This document shows, piece by piece, positions 37,603-45,974 of a DNA stretch of 45,974 nucleotides. Position numbers and translations under genes: made by a program. The notes below the pieces were generated by a model. That model did not search any database. It was not told the origin of the DNA and saw only the letters and a program-made list of their open reading frames with translations. Numbering within the stretch: position 1 is the stretch's first letter; every line of letters starts with the position of its first letter. Source of the DNA: an uncultured Candidatus Saccharibacteria bacterium (GTDB lineage: Bacteria; Patescibacteriota; Minisyncoccia; UBA6257; JAUSGH01); assembly GCA_964372325.1 (NCBI GenBank), contig CAYJQG010000004.1, positions 1-45,974 of the forward strand. Reading direction: 5' to 3'.

Positions 37603-37697
37603 GCAATTTTAATATTTTAGGCGAGGCGCGAAGCTCCGACGAAGCCCTGCCGGCAGGCAGGGGAGCGACAAAGCCGCAGCTAAAATATTAAAATTGC
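37603..37697. repeat. Palindromic element family E, long copy before rplN, with nested CCTGCC palindrome
   Basis: GCAATTTTAATATTTTAG/CTAAAATATTAAAATTGC stem; GCGAGGCGCGA...CAAAGCCGCAGC. Confidence 0.8.
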
Positions 37698-37704
37698 CAC
37701 AACC

Positions 37705-38073
37705 ATGCTTCAAGAACGTTCGATAATTAAAGTAGCAGACAACACCGGCGCAAAAATTGTACGCTGCTTTCGCGTACTTGGCGGTAGTCGCAAACGATAC
37801 GCGAAGATCGGGGACATTGTCATTGCTTCAGTACAAGTCGCCGAACCGCGCAAGACAATAAAGAAAAAAGAGATTGTGCATGGAGTAGTGGTTCGAGCAC
37901 GAAACCCGATTCGAAGAAATGACGGCTCAGTCATTCGATTTGACGAAAACGCAGTAGTATTGATTAACGAAAAAAAGGAGCCGCTCGGAACACGTATATT
38001 CGGCCCAATCCCAAGAGAGATTAAAGAAAAAGGTTACGAGGCGATCATCCAATTAGCCGAAGAAGTAGTCTAA
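37705..38073 (+). CDS. rplN: Ribosomal protein uL14
   Basis: VADNTGAK, RFDENA.V, GTRIFGP. Confidence 0.98.
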   Translation: MLQERSIIKVADNTGAKIVRCFRVLGGSRKRYAKIGDIVIASVQVAEPRKTIKKKEIVHGVVVRARNPIRRNDGSVIRFDENAVVLINEKKEPLGTRIFGPIPREIKEKGYEAIIQLAEEVV

Positions 38074-38091
38074 TAATAATGGTGCTTTTAT

Positions 38092-38400
38092 ATGAGCCTA
38101 AAAAGGGGGGACACGGTAAAAATAATAAAGGGTAAAAATCGAGGTAAAACTGGAAAAATTTTACATATCGATAAAATAAAAAATACTGCAATCGTAGAGG
38201 GTATAAATTTATATAAAAAACACCGACGCGCAAAACGCCGGGGAGAAAAAGGTGAAGTAGTTACCGTGCCGCGTCCACTGCACATGCCAAACATAATGTT
38301 TCTTTGTTCTCGTTGCGGGAAGCCTACGCGATTGGGATCAAAAATAGAAGGGGATATAAAGACAAGACAATGTAAAAAATGCGGAGTAACCATTGAATAA
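38092..38400 (+). CDS. rplX: Ribosomal protein uL24
   Basis: KOW motif GDTV.II.GK.RGK.G, VEGIN. Confidence 0.95.
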   Translation: MSLKRGDTVKIIKGKNRGKTGKILHIDKIKNTAIVEGINLYKKHRRAKRRGEKGEVVTVPRPLHMPNIMFLCSRCGKPTRLGSKIEGDIKTRQCKKCGVTIE

Positions 38401-38404
38401 TTTT

Positions 38405-38896
38405 ATGAACAATGCAGACAGTGAAATAGCAAAAATAGAAAAAGTGGTTGTTGGTAGTGGCGTTGGCAGGTTGCCCCAAACGACAAATTTTGAAGAAAAA
38501 ATATTGCCTAATATTCTAGAAGAAATGGGGGCCCTAACCGGGCAAAAGCCTGGAACTCGAACTGCAAAAAAATCCATTGCGGGGTTTAAAATTCGACAAG
38601 GGAATCTCGTAGGACTCATAGTAACACTACGCGCATCACGCAAGAGTGCATTTATCAAAAAACTTATTGCGATTACACTTCCACGTATAAGAGATTTTAG
38701 AGGAATAAGTAAAAAATCAATTGATAAAAACGGAAATTTGACGATCGGCATTAAAGAACATATAGTATTTCCAGAAATCACAACAGAAAGCGCAAAAACA
38801 AATTTCGGCATGCAAATAACGTTAGTGCCAAAAAAGAGACAAGCGAAGCATGCAGCTGAGTTATATAAAAATATCGGCATTCCTTTCGAAAAATAA
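38405..38896 (+). CDS. rplE: Ribosomal protein uL5 (short N-terminus)
   Basis: [30 protein letters not shown]. Confidence 0.95.
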   Translation: MNNADSEIAKIEKVVVGSGVGRLPQTTNFEEKILPNILEEMGALTGQKPGTRTAKKSIAGFKIRQGNLVGLIVTLRASRKSAFIKKLIAITLPRIRDFRGISKKSIDKNGNLTIGIKEHIVFPEITTESAKTNFGMQITLVPKKRQAKHAAELYKNIGIPFEK

Positions 38897-38913
38897 TTCT
38901 TTTTCTTATTTAT

Positions 38914-39099
38914 ATGGCAAAAAAATCAGTACTTGTAAGAGCACGACGAAAACCAAAATTTTCAACACGCATGGTAAGGCGTTGTTTCCGTTGTGGGAGA
39001 AGGCATGGGCATTTACGCGATTTTGGTATCTGCCGAATTTGTTTTCGAGAGATGGCTAGCCGAGGCCAAATTCCTGGTGTACAAAAAGCTAGCTGGTAA
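38914..39099 (+). CDS. rpsN: Ribosomal protein uS14, zinc-binding type Z
   Basis: 61 aa, RCFRCGR...CRICFRE, KASW. Confidence 0.97.
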   Translation: MAKKSVLVRARRKPKFSTRMVRRCFRCGRRHGHLRDFGICRICFREMASRGQIPGVQKASW

Positions 39100-39105
39100 A
39101 AAAAT

Positions 39106-39486
39106 ATGTATATCGACCTCTTAACAAAAATAAAAAATGCGCAAAAGGCAAAGTTGTCGATTCTTAAGGTAGCATATTCACGAATGGATTTCGCGATCGC
39201 AGAATTACTTGTCGCACATAAATATATTGAATCCGCCGAAAAAAAGGGCCGTATGCCAAAACGCATCATCGACATCAAAATAAAATATAACGAGGGTGGG
39301 GGTGCAATCAACGGAGTAACTTTCTTAAGCAAACCGTCACGCCGACTATATTCGGGATACAAAAACTTAAAATCGGCACTACAAGGACATGGCTTACTCG
39401 TGCTCTCGACCCCAAGTGGTATTGCCTCCGCCGAAGAAGCAAAAAAACAAAAAACTGGTGGAGTACTACTATTTAAAATATGGTAA
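39106..39486 (+). CDS. rpsH: Ribosomal protein uS8
   Basis: DLLT.IKNA, SKPSRRLY, STPSG. Confidence 0.95.
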   Translation: MYIDLLTKIKNAQKAKLSILKVAYSRMDFAIAELLVAHKYIESAEKKGRMPKRIIDIKIKYNEGGGAINGVTFLSKPSRRLYSGYKNLKSALQGHGLLVLSTPSGIASAEEAKKQKTGGVLLFKIW

Positions 39487-39507
39487 TCGTAAGTTAACGA
39501 ACAGTAT

Positions 39508-40062
39508 ATGTCAAAAATTGGTAAAAAAATAATTACAATTCCCGAGGGAATAACCGCGGAGCTTCATGAGGGGTTACTACACGTAAAGGGTAAACGTGGC
39601 GAATTAACGTTACCCATGCTACCAGGTATAATCGGAAAAATAAACGCGCGTGTTTTATCGTTTAAATCTCCGGCAAACAATATCCAAGAACGCGCAAATT
39701 GGGGAACCATGCGTGCACTTGCGGCGAACGCGATAAAAGGTGTGAGCGATGGCTATACCGAGATACTCGAACTACAAGGAATTGGTTTTCGTGCATTACT
39801 CGAGGGTAACACATTAGTATTAACCGTCGGGTTTACCCACCCCGTACGTTTTGAAACTCCGAAAAATATCACCATTACCATTGAAAAGTCAAATATTACG
39901 ATAAGTGGAATCGATAAGGCACTAGTAGGAGAAACTGCAGCAAAAATAAGAGCGATTAAGAAACCGGAACCATACAAAGGAACTGGGATCCGTTACAAAG
40001 GAGAAGTAGTACGCAAAAAAGAAGGCAAAAAAGTCGCTGGCGCAACTGGAGGAACAGCATAA
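39508..40062 (+). CDS. rplF: Ribosomal protein uL6
   Basis: MSKIGK, GF.HP, PEPYKG.GIRY. Confidence 0.97.
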   Translation: MSKIGKKIITIPEGITAELHEGLLHVKGKRGELTLPMLPGIIGKINARVLSFKSPANNIQERANWGTMRALAANAIKGVSDGYTEILELQGIGFRALLEGNTLVLTVGFTHPVRFETPKNITITIEKSNITISGIDKALVGETAAKIRAIKKPEPYKGTGIRYKGEVVRKKEGKKVAGATGGTA

Positions 40063-40070
40063 TAATATCT

Positions 40071-40424
40071 ATGGATAACAATAAAAAGAAGAGACAGGGT
40101 ATGGACTTGCGCGCATCGCGTTCACGCGCAAAAATTATGGGCACATCAAAAATCCCACGTCTTTCGGTATTTCGCAGTAATAAATATACAAATGTGCAAT
40201 TAATCGACGACGAAGGTGGTAAAACACTCGTCGCTGCAACAAGTCGAGAAATCAAGAAAAAGTTCTCAAAAACAGCTGCGGCAAAGGAGGTGGGTACATT
40301 GATTGGTGCGCGCGCAAAGGACAAGGGAATTGTTCGTGTAAAATTCCATCGTGGTCCATATAGGTTTCATGGGCGTGTCAAGGCGGTGGCGGATGGGGTG
40401 CGAGAAGCGGGGATAAAAGTATAA
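40071..40424 (+). CDS. rplR: Ribosomal protein uL18
   Basis: PRLSVFRSNK, HGRVKAVAD..RE.G. Confidence 0.96.
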   Translation: MDNNKKKRQGMDLRASRSRAKIMGTSKIPRLSVFRSNKYTNVQLIDDEGGKTLVAATSREIKKKFSKTAAAKEVGTLIGARAKDKGIVRVKFHRGPYRFHGRVKAVADGVREAGIKV

Positions 40425-40436
40425 AAAATAAACAAT

Positions 40437-41036
40437 ATGGAAAATAATCAAGCACAACCAATACAACCGATACCAGTAACCGAAACGGGACAAAAACCGA
40501 CGAACGAACCTACGCGCCAATTTGGCGATAACAGAAACATGCGCCGAGATTTTCGAGGGAGGGGGGGTATGCGCAACAATGAACGAATCCACGAAGAATT
40601 TCAAGAAAAAACACTCGATGTACGACGTGTAACACGCGTAGTAGCAGGCGGGAAACGTTTTCGTTTTCGTGTCACGTTAGTTCTTGGCGATGCGCAAGGA
40701 CGTGTTGGAGTAGGTGTGGCAAAAGGAGTTGACGTCGCTGCTGCGGTAGGAAAAGCAAAAACGAATGCTAAAAAAAACGTATTCATGGTACCACTGAAGC
40801 ATGGAACCATACCCCACGAAGTAGAGGCGAAATTTAGCGCAGCACGCATACGTTTAAAACCGGCGATAGAAGGGCATGGACTCCGAGCAGGGGGTGCAGC
40901 ACGAGTCGTATTAACGCTCGCGGGCGTCAAAGATATTGTTGCAAAAACATTAGGACGTACACCAAACAAACTCACCAATGCACTAGCAACTATTGCAGCA
41001 TTAAAAAAACTCCGATCAACAAAACGCCCAACATAA
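40437..41036 (+). CDS. rpsE: Ribosomal protein uS5
   Basis: RVTRVVAGGKRFRF, TIPHEV, AGG..R.VL..AGV.D. Confidence 0.97.
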   Translation: MENNQAQPIQPIPVTETGQKPTNEPTRQFGDNRNMRRDFRGRGGMRNNERIHEEFQEKTLDVRRVTRVVAGGKRFRFRVTLVLGDAQGRVGVGVAKGVDVAAAVGKAKTNAKKNVFMVPLKHGTIPHEVEAKFSAARIRLKPAIEGHGLRAGGAARVVLTLAGVKDIVAKTLGRTPNKLTNALATIAALKKLRSTKRPT

Positions 41037-41037
41037 T

Positions 41038-41460
41038 ATGATGTTATTACATGAAATCAAAATCAAAAACGTAGGTACTGCCAAGCACCCACGCATCGGT
41101 CGCGGAGGAAAACGTGGCCATACCTCGGGTAAGGGGCAAAAGGGTCAAAAATCACGTTCTGGGCACCGTATACGTCCAGCAGAACGCGATCTATTAATAA
41201 GGATCCCAAAACTCCGAGGTTACCAATACAAGTCAATATACGAACGCACGCAAGTGGTAAACCTCCGCGATATTAACGCCAAAAAAATTACCGAAGTAAC
41301 CCCCAAAAACCTTTATGACGCGGGACTAATCCGTAATATGAAAAAACCAATAAAAATACTCGGTAGAGGGATGACGGGGAAAAACATAAACGCAAAAAAC
41401 GTTACAATGTCAAAAAAAGCACGCGTCGAAATTCAAAGCGCAAAAAATACCTTATCCTAA
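41038..41460 (+). CDS. rplO: Ribosomal protein uL15
   Basis: RIGRGG..G.TSGKGQKGQKSRSG, IPKLRG, KILG.G. Confidence 0.95.
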   Translation: MMLLHEIKIKNVGTAKHPRIGRGGKRGHTSGKGQKGQKSRSGHRIRPAERDLLIRIPKLRGYQYKSIYERTQVVNLRDINAKKITEVTPKNLYDAGLIRNMKKPIKILGRGMTGKNINAKNVTMSKKARVEIQSAKNTLS

Positions 41461-41530
41461 ATTTTTAATTTCAATCGCGATCAAAATACCAACCCAGAAG
41501 GACATTAATTAATTTTTCATTTGACTACCC

Positions 41531-42805
41531 ATGCTCGGACGATTCCTTAACCTATTTAAAATTCCAGATCTACGAAACAAAATACTCTTTGTGGGCTTTC
41601 TTTTTATTGCCTTTCGATTACTCGCCGCAATTCCTATCCCAGGGATCGACATCACACGCCTCCAGCAATTTTTTGCCTCCAATCAATTATTTGATTTTTT
41701 TAACGTATTTTCCGGAGGAACGCTTTCAAACCTTTCAATTATGATGTTGGGCGTTGGCCCATATATTACTGGAACAATCATCATGCAACTCCTCACCATG
41801 ATCGTACCAAGCCTAAAGAAACTCTATTACGAAGAAGGTGCCATAGGTCGTGCAAAATTTAACCGCATCTCACGCTATATCACCGTTCCACTAGCGGGGC
41901 TTCAGGCATATGGCTTCTTGAATCTGTTACGCAGTGAACAAGTACTAGGGCAACTTGCCCCATTCGACATGATCAGGAACATTGCGGTGATCACCGCGGG
42001 AACAGTAATTCTCATGTGGATCGGCGAACTCATTACTGAGAAAAAAATTGGTAATGGCATATCACTTATTATTTTTGCGGGCATTGTGAGCGCAATCCCA
42101 CAAGTAATACAACGCGCCATTGTAGCATATGACCCATCAACCATACCAACCTATGGCGCATTCCTTATACTAGGAATTATTATCATTGCGGGAGTAGTAT
42201 TCGTAAATCAAGGCGAACGTAAAATACCCGTCACCTACGCAAAACGAGTACGCGGCAATAAAGTTGTTGGGGGGGCAACGACCTACCTCCCACTACGCGT
42301 AAACCAAGCAGGGGTAATCCCCATCATTTTCGCAATTTCTATTTTGCTTTTCCCAAATTTTATCGCACAAATCTCCGCAATATTCTCGGAGACGCTATCA
42401 CTCAAAATGCAGGATATTATTGCTAAGATATTAAATGACCAGCTTATTTATGGAGCGCTATATTTCTTCTTGGTATTTGCATTTACCTATTTCTATACAG
42501 CAATCACGTTCGATCCAAAAGAAATTGCAAAAAACTTACAGCAAAGTGGCGGCTTTATCCCAGGGATCCGCCCAGGTGACCAAACCGCATTATATTTAAA
42601 CAACGTCACCAACCGTATTACGTTATTCGGAGCAATTTTTCTTGGCTTTGTTGCAATACTCCCAACCATTACCAGCGCCATAACGGGTATTGCAACCTTA
42701 ACCATTGGCGGAACGACATTGCTCATTGTAGTCTCAGTGGTACTAGAAACGATCAAACAACTCGATGCACAGCTCGTAATGCGCGAGTACGAAGGAATTA
42801 AATAA
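41531..42805 (+). CDS. secY: Preprotein translocase subunit SecY
   Basis: LGVGPYIT..II.QLL, GNGISL.IF.GI, AGVIPIIFA, FIPGIRPG. Confidence 0.98.
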   Translation: MLGRFLNLFKIPDLRNKILFVGFLFIAFRLLAAIPIPGIDITRLQQFFASNQLFDFFNVFSGGTLSNLSIMMLGVGPYITGTIIMQLLTMIVPSLKKLYYEEGAIGRAKFNRISRYITVPLAGLQAYGFLNLLRSEQVLGQLAPFDMIRNIAVITAGTVILMWIGELITEKKIGNGISLIIFAGIVSAIPQVIQRAIVAYDPSTIPTYGAFLILGIIIIAGVVFVNQGERKIPVTYAKRVRGNKVVGGATTYLPLRVNQAGVIPIIFAISILLFPNFIAQISAIFSETLSLKMQDIIAKILNDQLIYGALYFFLVFAFTYFYTAITFDPKEIAKNLQQSGGFIPGIRPGDQTALYLNNVTNRITLFGAIFLGFVAILPTITSAITGIATLTIGGTTLLIVVSVVLETIKQLDAQLVMREYEGIK

Positions 42806-42831
42806 ACCTGGCTCAGAAAAACTAAAATTTT

Positions 42832-42857
42832 AAAGCCATCTACAGATGGCTTTTTAA
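42832..42857. terminator. Bidirectional terminator-like hairpin
   Basis: AAAGCCATCT-AC-AGATGGCTTT between convergent genes. Confidence 0.55.
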
Positions 42858-43112
42858 TTTCCAGTGCAATACCTGAATAATATATAGCACGTAAACAACC
42901 AACAATACCGACTGCCCAGATACAAGGTACACATCTCGAAGGGTAATCATCTTCACCAAAATAATAAGCATCGCCGTAAACCGAATGCTAATAGCCAAAA
43001 GCGAAAGGTCTTCGGCGCTACGGCGCTCCTTAATTTTAAACATTTGAGAGATCACCGCGGCAGCAAGCATAAGTAAGGCGACAAAGGAAGCATAATCAAT
43101 AAACACCTGCAT
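42840..43112 (-). CDS. SemiSWEET/PQ-loop-like three-TM protein
   Basis: ISQMFKI..RRSAEDLS resembles PQ..K....S..D.S; 90 aa. Confidence 0.6.
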   Translation of the reverse strand: MQVFIDYASFVALLMLAAAVISQMFKIKERRSAEDLSLLAISIRFTAMLIILVKMITLRDVYLVSGQSVLLVVYVLYIIQVLHWKLKSHL

Positions 43113-43174
43113 ACACCCACCTCAAAAAATATTCGATCTTTATTATACCATAAAAAAATGTTATAATACAAGAT

Positions 43175-43441
43175 ATGAAAATCCTGATCGGTGCAGTCAT
43201 ACTTTTCGTTATGGTGGGCACCGTAATACAGATTTATAAACTCGAATTACGGGCATCAGAACTCGAACAACAGTTAGGAGCACTCAAGAAAAAACGTGAA
43301 TTCACCGAGCAAAAACTCACTACAATAAAAAATAAGGTACAGTTCTTAGGCATCAATGAAAATATCAAACAAGAAATCAAAACCCAGCTGAATTACTCAG
43401 AACCTAACGAGAAATTAATCATTATTATTCAAAAAAAATAA
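43175..43441 (+). CDS. FtsB/DivIC-like septum formation protein
   Basis: N-terminal TM, coiled coil, LNYSEPNEK tail. Confidence 0.7.
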   Translation: MKILIGAVILFVMVGTVIQIYKLELRASELEQQLGALKKKREFTEQKLTTIKNKVQFLGINENIKQEIKTQLNYSEPNEKLIIIIQKK

Positions 43442-44019
43442 TGAGCCCACCACATAAGCATCATTTATTTTTAACATTACTCGCACTCGTTACATTAGGT
43501 CTTGGAGTATTTTATATACTACACTATAAAGTATATCCCATTGCAATAATTAACGGCCATATTATTGTTGGTGCAGAATTCGATAGCATAAGTAATGGCG
43601 CACTAAATTTTTATACTAAAGTTTCCGATACATACAAAAAAGAAATTTCGAGTGACGTAAAAGAAAAACTACATACTGAAATTCGCCGAGCAACCATGGA
43701 GCGTCTTATCGAAGAATCACTCATTAAAGAGGAACTCAAACGAAGATTCCAAGAAAAGACACTAAAAGAATATCTCAACGAAAAACTCAATATCGATAGG
43801 CAAAAAATAGCACAGGCTTCAGCACTATACGGAATGTCAGGCAATACCATACAGAAAACATTATTCGAACCTGCAGCCGCCGAAGAGCTTTTGCGAGAAA
43901 CACTCGCGAAAGAACAAATAAATTTTGAAACATGGCTAAGCAATGCGGCGCAAAGCGCACTAATAATCGTATTAATGCCAAGTTTGACTTGGAGCGGAAA
44001 AAGCGTAGAACTAAGATAA
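43441..44019 (+). CDS. SurA N-terminal-domain-like membrane-anchored protein
   Basis: TM then IAIING..I, MERLIEESLIKEE. Confidence 0.6.
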   Translation: MSPPHKHHLFLTLLALVTLGLGVFYILHYKVYPIAIINGHIIVGAEFDSISNGALNFYTKVSDTYKKEISSDVKEKLHTEIRRATMERLIEESLIKEELKRRFQEKTLKEYLNEKLNIDRQKIAQASALYGMSGNTIQKTLFEPAAAEELLRETLAKEQINFETWLSNAAQSALIIVLMPSLTWSGKSVELR

Positions 44020-44023
44020 GTGC

Positions 44024-44227
44024 GCAGGTGTAGTATAATGGCAGTACACAACCTTCCCAAGCCATGTAGTGAAAGTTCGATTAAATGCAGGATTAGTATA
44101 GTGGCAGTACGTGACCTTCCCAAGGTTAAGGCGCCGGTTCGATTCCGGTATCCTGCTCTATGCAACAATCGAACTTCTACTACATGGCAAGGTTAAGGCG
44201 CCGGTTCGGTTCCGGTATCCTGCTCCA
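44024..44227 (+). pseudogene. Split tRNA-Gly(CCC): 5' half 44024-44060 and 3' half 44191-44227, separated by an IR-bounded insert
   Basis: 5' half ends TTCCCAA; 3' half ends ATCCTGCTCCA; joined halves have acceptor and anticodon stem mismatches. Confidence 0.7.
44087..44157 (+). tRNA. tRNA-Gly(CCC)
   Basis: Acceptor GCAGGAT/ATCCTGC, anticodon arm TGACC-TTCCCAA-GGTTA, T arm GCCGG-TTCGATT-CCGGT, U discriminator; no encoded CCA. Confidence 0.93.
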
Positions 44228-44378
44228 CAATCAGAAACCGAAACTAAAGACGCATCCACTCAGCCACTAAATATGACGAAATGGCTTACAATTTAGAGAA
44301 GTCTTGCCATAAACGAATAAATAGAACATCATTATCAAGAAAGGTCGAAGGAGTAACTTAATGAGATCTAAAACTACT

Positions 44379-44471
44379 ATGGCTGAAGAAAATAATTGTC
44401 CAAAATGCCAGCATGAACATAAAAACCCAGACGGGGGCTGCAGCTGCAGCTGCCAAGAAGGCAGGAAATAA
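44379..44471 (+). CDS. Putative 30-aa Cys/His-rich peptide (alternative start 44361)
   Basis: MAEENNCPKCQHEHKNPDGGCSCSCQEGRK; AAGGAG upstream; terminator downstream. Confidence 0.6.
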   Translation: MAEENNCPKCQHEHKNPDGGCSCSCQEGRK

Positions 44472-44488
44472 AAAGTCGATAATTTTAT

Positions 44489-44525
44489 AAAATCCGTCCG
44501 TCTGAAATGACAGGGCGGATTTTAT
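44489..44525 (+). terminator. Intrinsic terminator
   Basis: AAAATCCGTCC-GTCTGAAATGACA-GGGCGGATTTT. Confidence 0.7.
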
Positions 44526-44626
44526 TTATACCAGAGGGGAACAAAGACAGCGGCTGCGTTAACAAATGTGAGAAATTACTCTTACGTATCTCCATTTCAA
44601 AAACTAAAAAATGGTAGAATAACATA

Positions 44627-45511
44627 ATGGCATCTAAAGAACTCATACCTTATATTAAACAAGAACTAGGGTCTGGAAAAAAAATAGAAGAAATAAAAAG
44701 AGCGTTACTAAAGGTTGGTTGGGCAATGGCAGATATCGAACGCGCAACAGACGCGGTAATTCCAAAAAACCTTAACGCTGCAGTTACGCTTCAAAAAAAC
44801 GATGATACCCAAAGCCAAACGATCCTACCCACGAAACAAGTCAACGTATCATCAAAAAAACAAAGGCGTATTTTGCCAAGAACCGATTTGGCATTTCAGG
44901 CGACGATTACACTACTCACCATTGGTGGATTATGGTATGGCTATCAGTCATTCATGGAACCGCACATTGTACGAATCGAAAACAAACAACAAAAAAATAT
45001 CGGTGACACAACAAGCGCTGTCCAACAGAAAAAACAATTAAGCGATGAACCGGTCAAAAAAAATAAAGAATATTATAATAAAAAATACAAGTTTACAATA
45101 ACGCCTCCCATGAATTGGGACTTAACAGAAAATCAAAATGGCGCGGCAGCAATTTTTGTAAATACCAGTGAAGACGTTATCGGCACGAAGAAATTTCGCG
45201 CTAATATCAATATCGTTATAGAGGAAACTGCGCTGAGCCTCGAGTCATATGCAAATGCAAGTCGCGATGCACTAAAAAAAATCCTGAAAAATTATACCCA
45301 ACGAGCAAGCAGAAAACGCGAAATAGATAAAAAACAATCCTATAGCAGCAGCGCAACGTTTATGGATAATGGTGATATGCTCCACAACGAACAGTTACTA
45401 ATAAAAAATAACGGAGTAATATACATCCTTACCGCGACAACTCTTGAGGGGTCATGGGGAAAATACCAAAAAGAGGTAGAGGAAACCCTCTTGACCTTTC
45501 GCGTAAAATAA
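44627..45511 (+). CDS. Membrane-anchored protein with C-terminal PsbP/DcrB-like domain
   Basis: Single TM; Y.N..Y.FTITPP.NW, ANINI, YILTAT....W, TF. Confidence 0.7.
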   Translation: MASKELIPYIKQELGSGKKIEEIKRALLKVGWAMADIERATDAVIPKNLNAAVTLQKNDDTQSQTILPTKQVNVSSKKQRRILPRTDLAFQATITLLTIGGLWYGYQSFMEPHIVRIENKQQKNIGDTTSAVQQKKQLSDEPVKKNKEYYNKKYKFTITPPMNWDLTENQNGAAAIFVNTSEDVIGTKKFRANINIVIEETALSLESYANASRDALKKILKNYTQRASRKREIDKKQSYSSSATFMDNGDMLHNEQLLIKNNGVIYILTATTLEGSWGKYQKEVEETLLTFRVK

Positions 45512-45556
45512 GGAAAGATGATGAGGGTGGTAAAATAACAACTGGAGGGATTCAAT

Positions 45557-45793
45557 GTGGAATGGGTAATATTGATATTGGCGGGCACGACTGTATTGCT
45601 CTTCGGAATATTGATCGGGTTTATCGTCGCAATGAAATTCGTACTTTATACACTACAAAAGATCGAGGCTAGTCGAATGCAAGCATTAACAGAAATCCAA
45701 AAGATGTCAGGGGAGCTAGGGAGGAGCAATGACGATGGCGATGGAGATTGGGATCCACGCTGGGGCAAGAAACCAGAAGAACCCCCGGAATAA
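45557..45793 (+). CDS. Small hypothetical single-TM protein
   Basis: GGAGG RBS, hydrophobic N-terminus, acidic tail. Confidence 0.55.
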   Translation: MEWVILILAGTTVLLFGILIGFIVAMKFVLYTLQKIEASRMQALTEIQKMSGELGRSNDDGDGDWDPRWGKKPEEPPE

Positions 45794-45819
45794 TCCGGAG
45801 TTTTCGATTCTTGAAATAA

Positions 45820-45922
45820 TAGACCCGCTGCTTAATTATTTTCGTTACGAAATTCTAAAATCGTGAGCGAAACGCAGTCAAAAAAAGTGAGCAATATACA
45901 GTGTATCTTGTGAACTTTTTTG
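45820..45922. repeat. Palindromic element family B, truncated copy
   Basis: Matches 22690-22790, then breaks off. Confidence 0.9.
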
Positions 45923-45974
45923 CATAACCTCAGATACATCCTGGACTCCATGAAGCCTTAAGCTTATGGAGTTT

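Noticed and set aside
44228..45974. Prophage or integrative element downstream of tRNA-Gly
   Set aside because: No integrase or phage genes in the window; following genes look like ordinary membrane proteins

Overview
A 46 kb bacterial chromosomal segment with almost all genes on the + strand. It most likely comes from a Patescibacteria/CPR (Parcubacteria-like) genome: rpmD/uL30 is absent between rpsE and rplO, few genes have Shine-Dalgarno sites, and TGA is used as a stop. Left half: copper-export locus (HMA/DsbD-like protein, copA), a PLP trans-sulfuration enzyme, a queuosine-salvage pair (tgt + DUF2419/Qng1), dCMP deaminase, typA, rmuC, groES-groEL with a CIRCE-like site, thyA-folA and tRNA-Ser(GGA). 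Right half: the str, S10 and spc ribosomal clusters (rpsL to secY), then tRNA-Gly(CCC). The main unexplained structures are: (1) an ~810-nt GC-rich, densely base-paired unit with no credible ORF, bounded by its own consensus promoter and terminator, between fusA and tuf (candidate large ncRNA); (2) a GxxExxY nuclease-fold gene between rpsG and fusA, enclosed by 36-bp inverted arms made of TACGAA units, with four gene-less copies of the same arms elsewhere (candidate autonomous/non-autonomous element family); (3) a complete tRNA-Gly inside an inverted-repeat-bounded insert that splits a second tRNA-Gly at its anticodon loop; (4) several families of nested palindromic elements with conserved loops and covarying stems, two of them inserted in-frame in tgt and fusA; (5) a uL3 lacking about 70 internal residues. 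All calls come from reading the sequence; no searches or folding programs were run.
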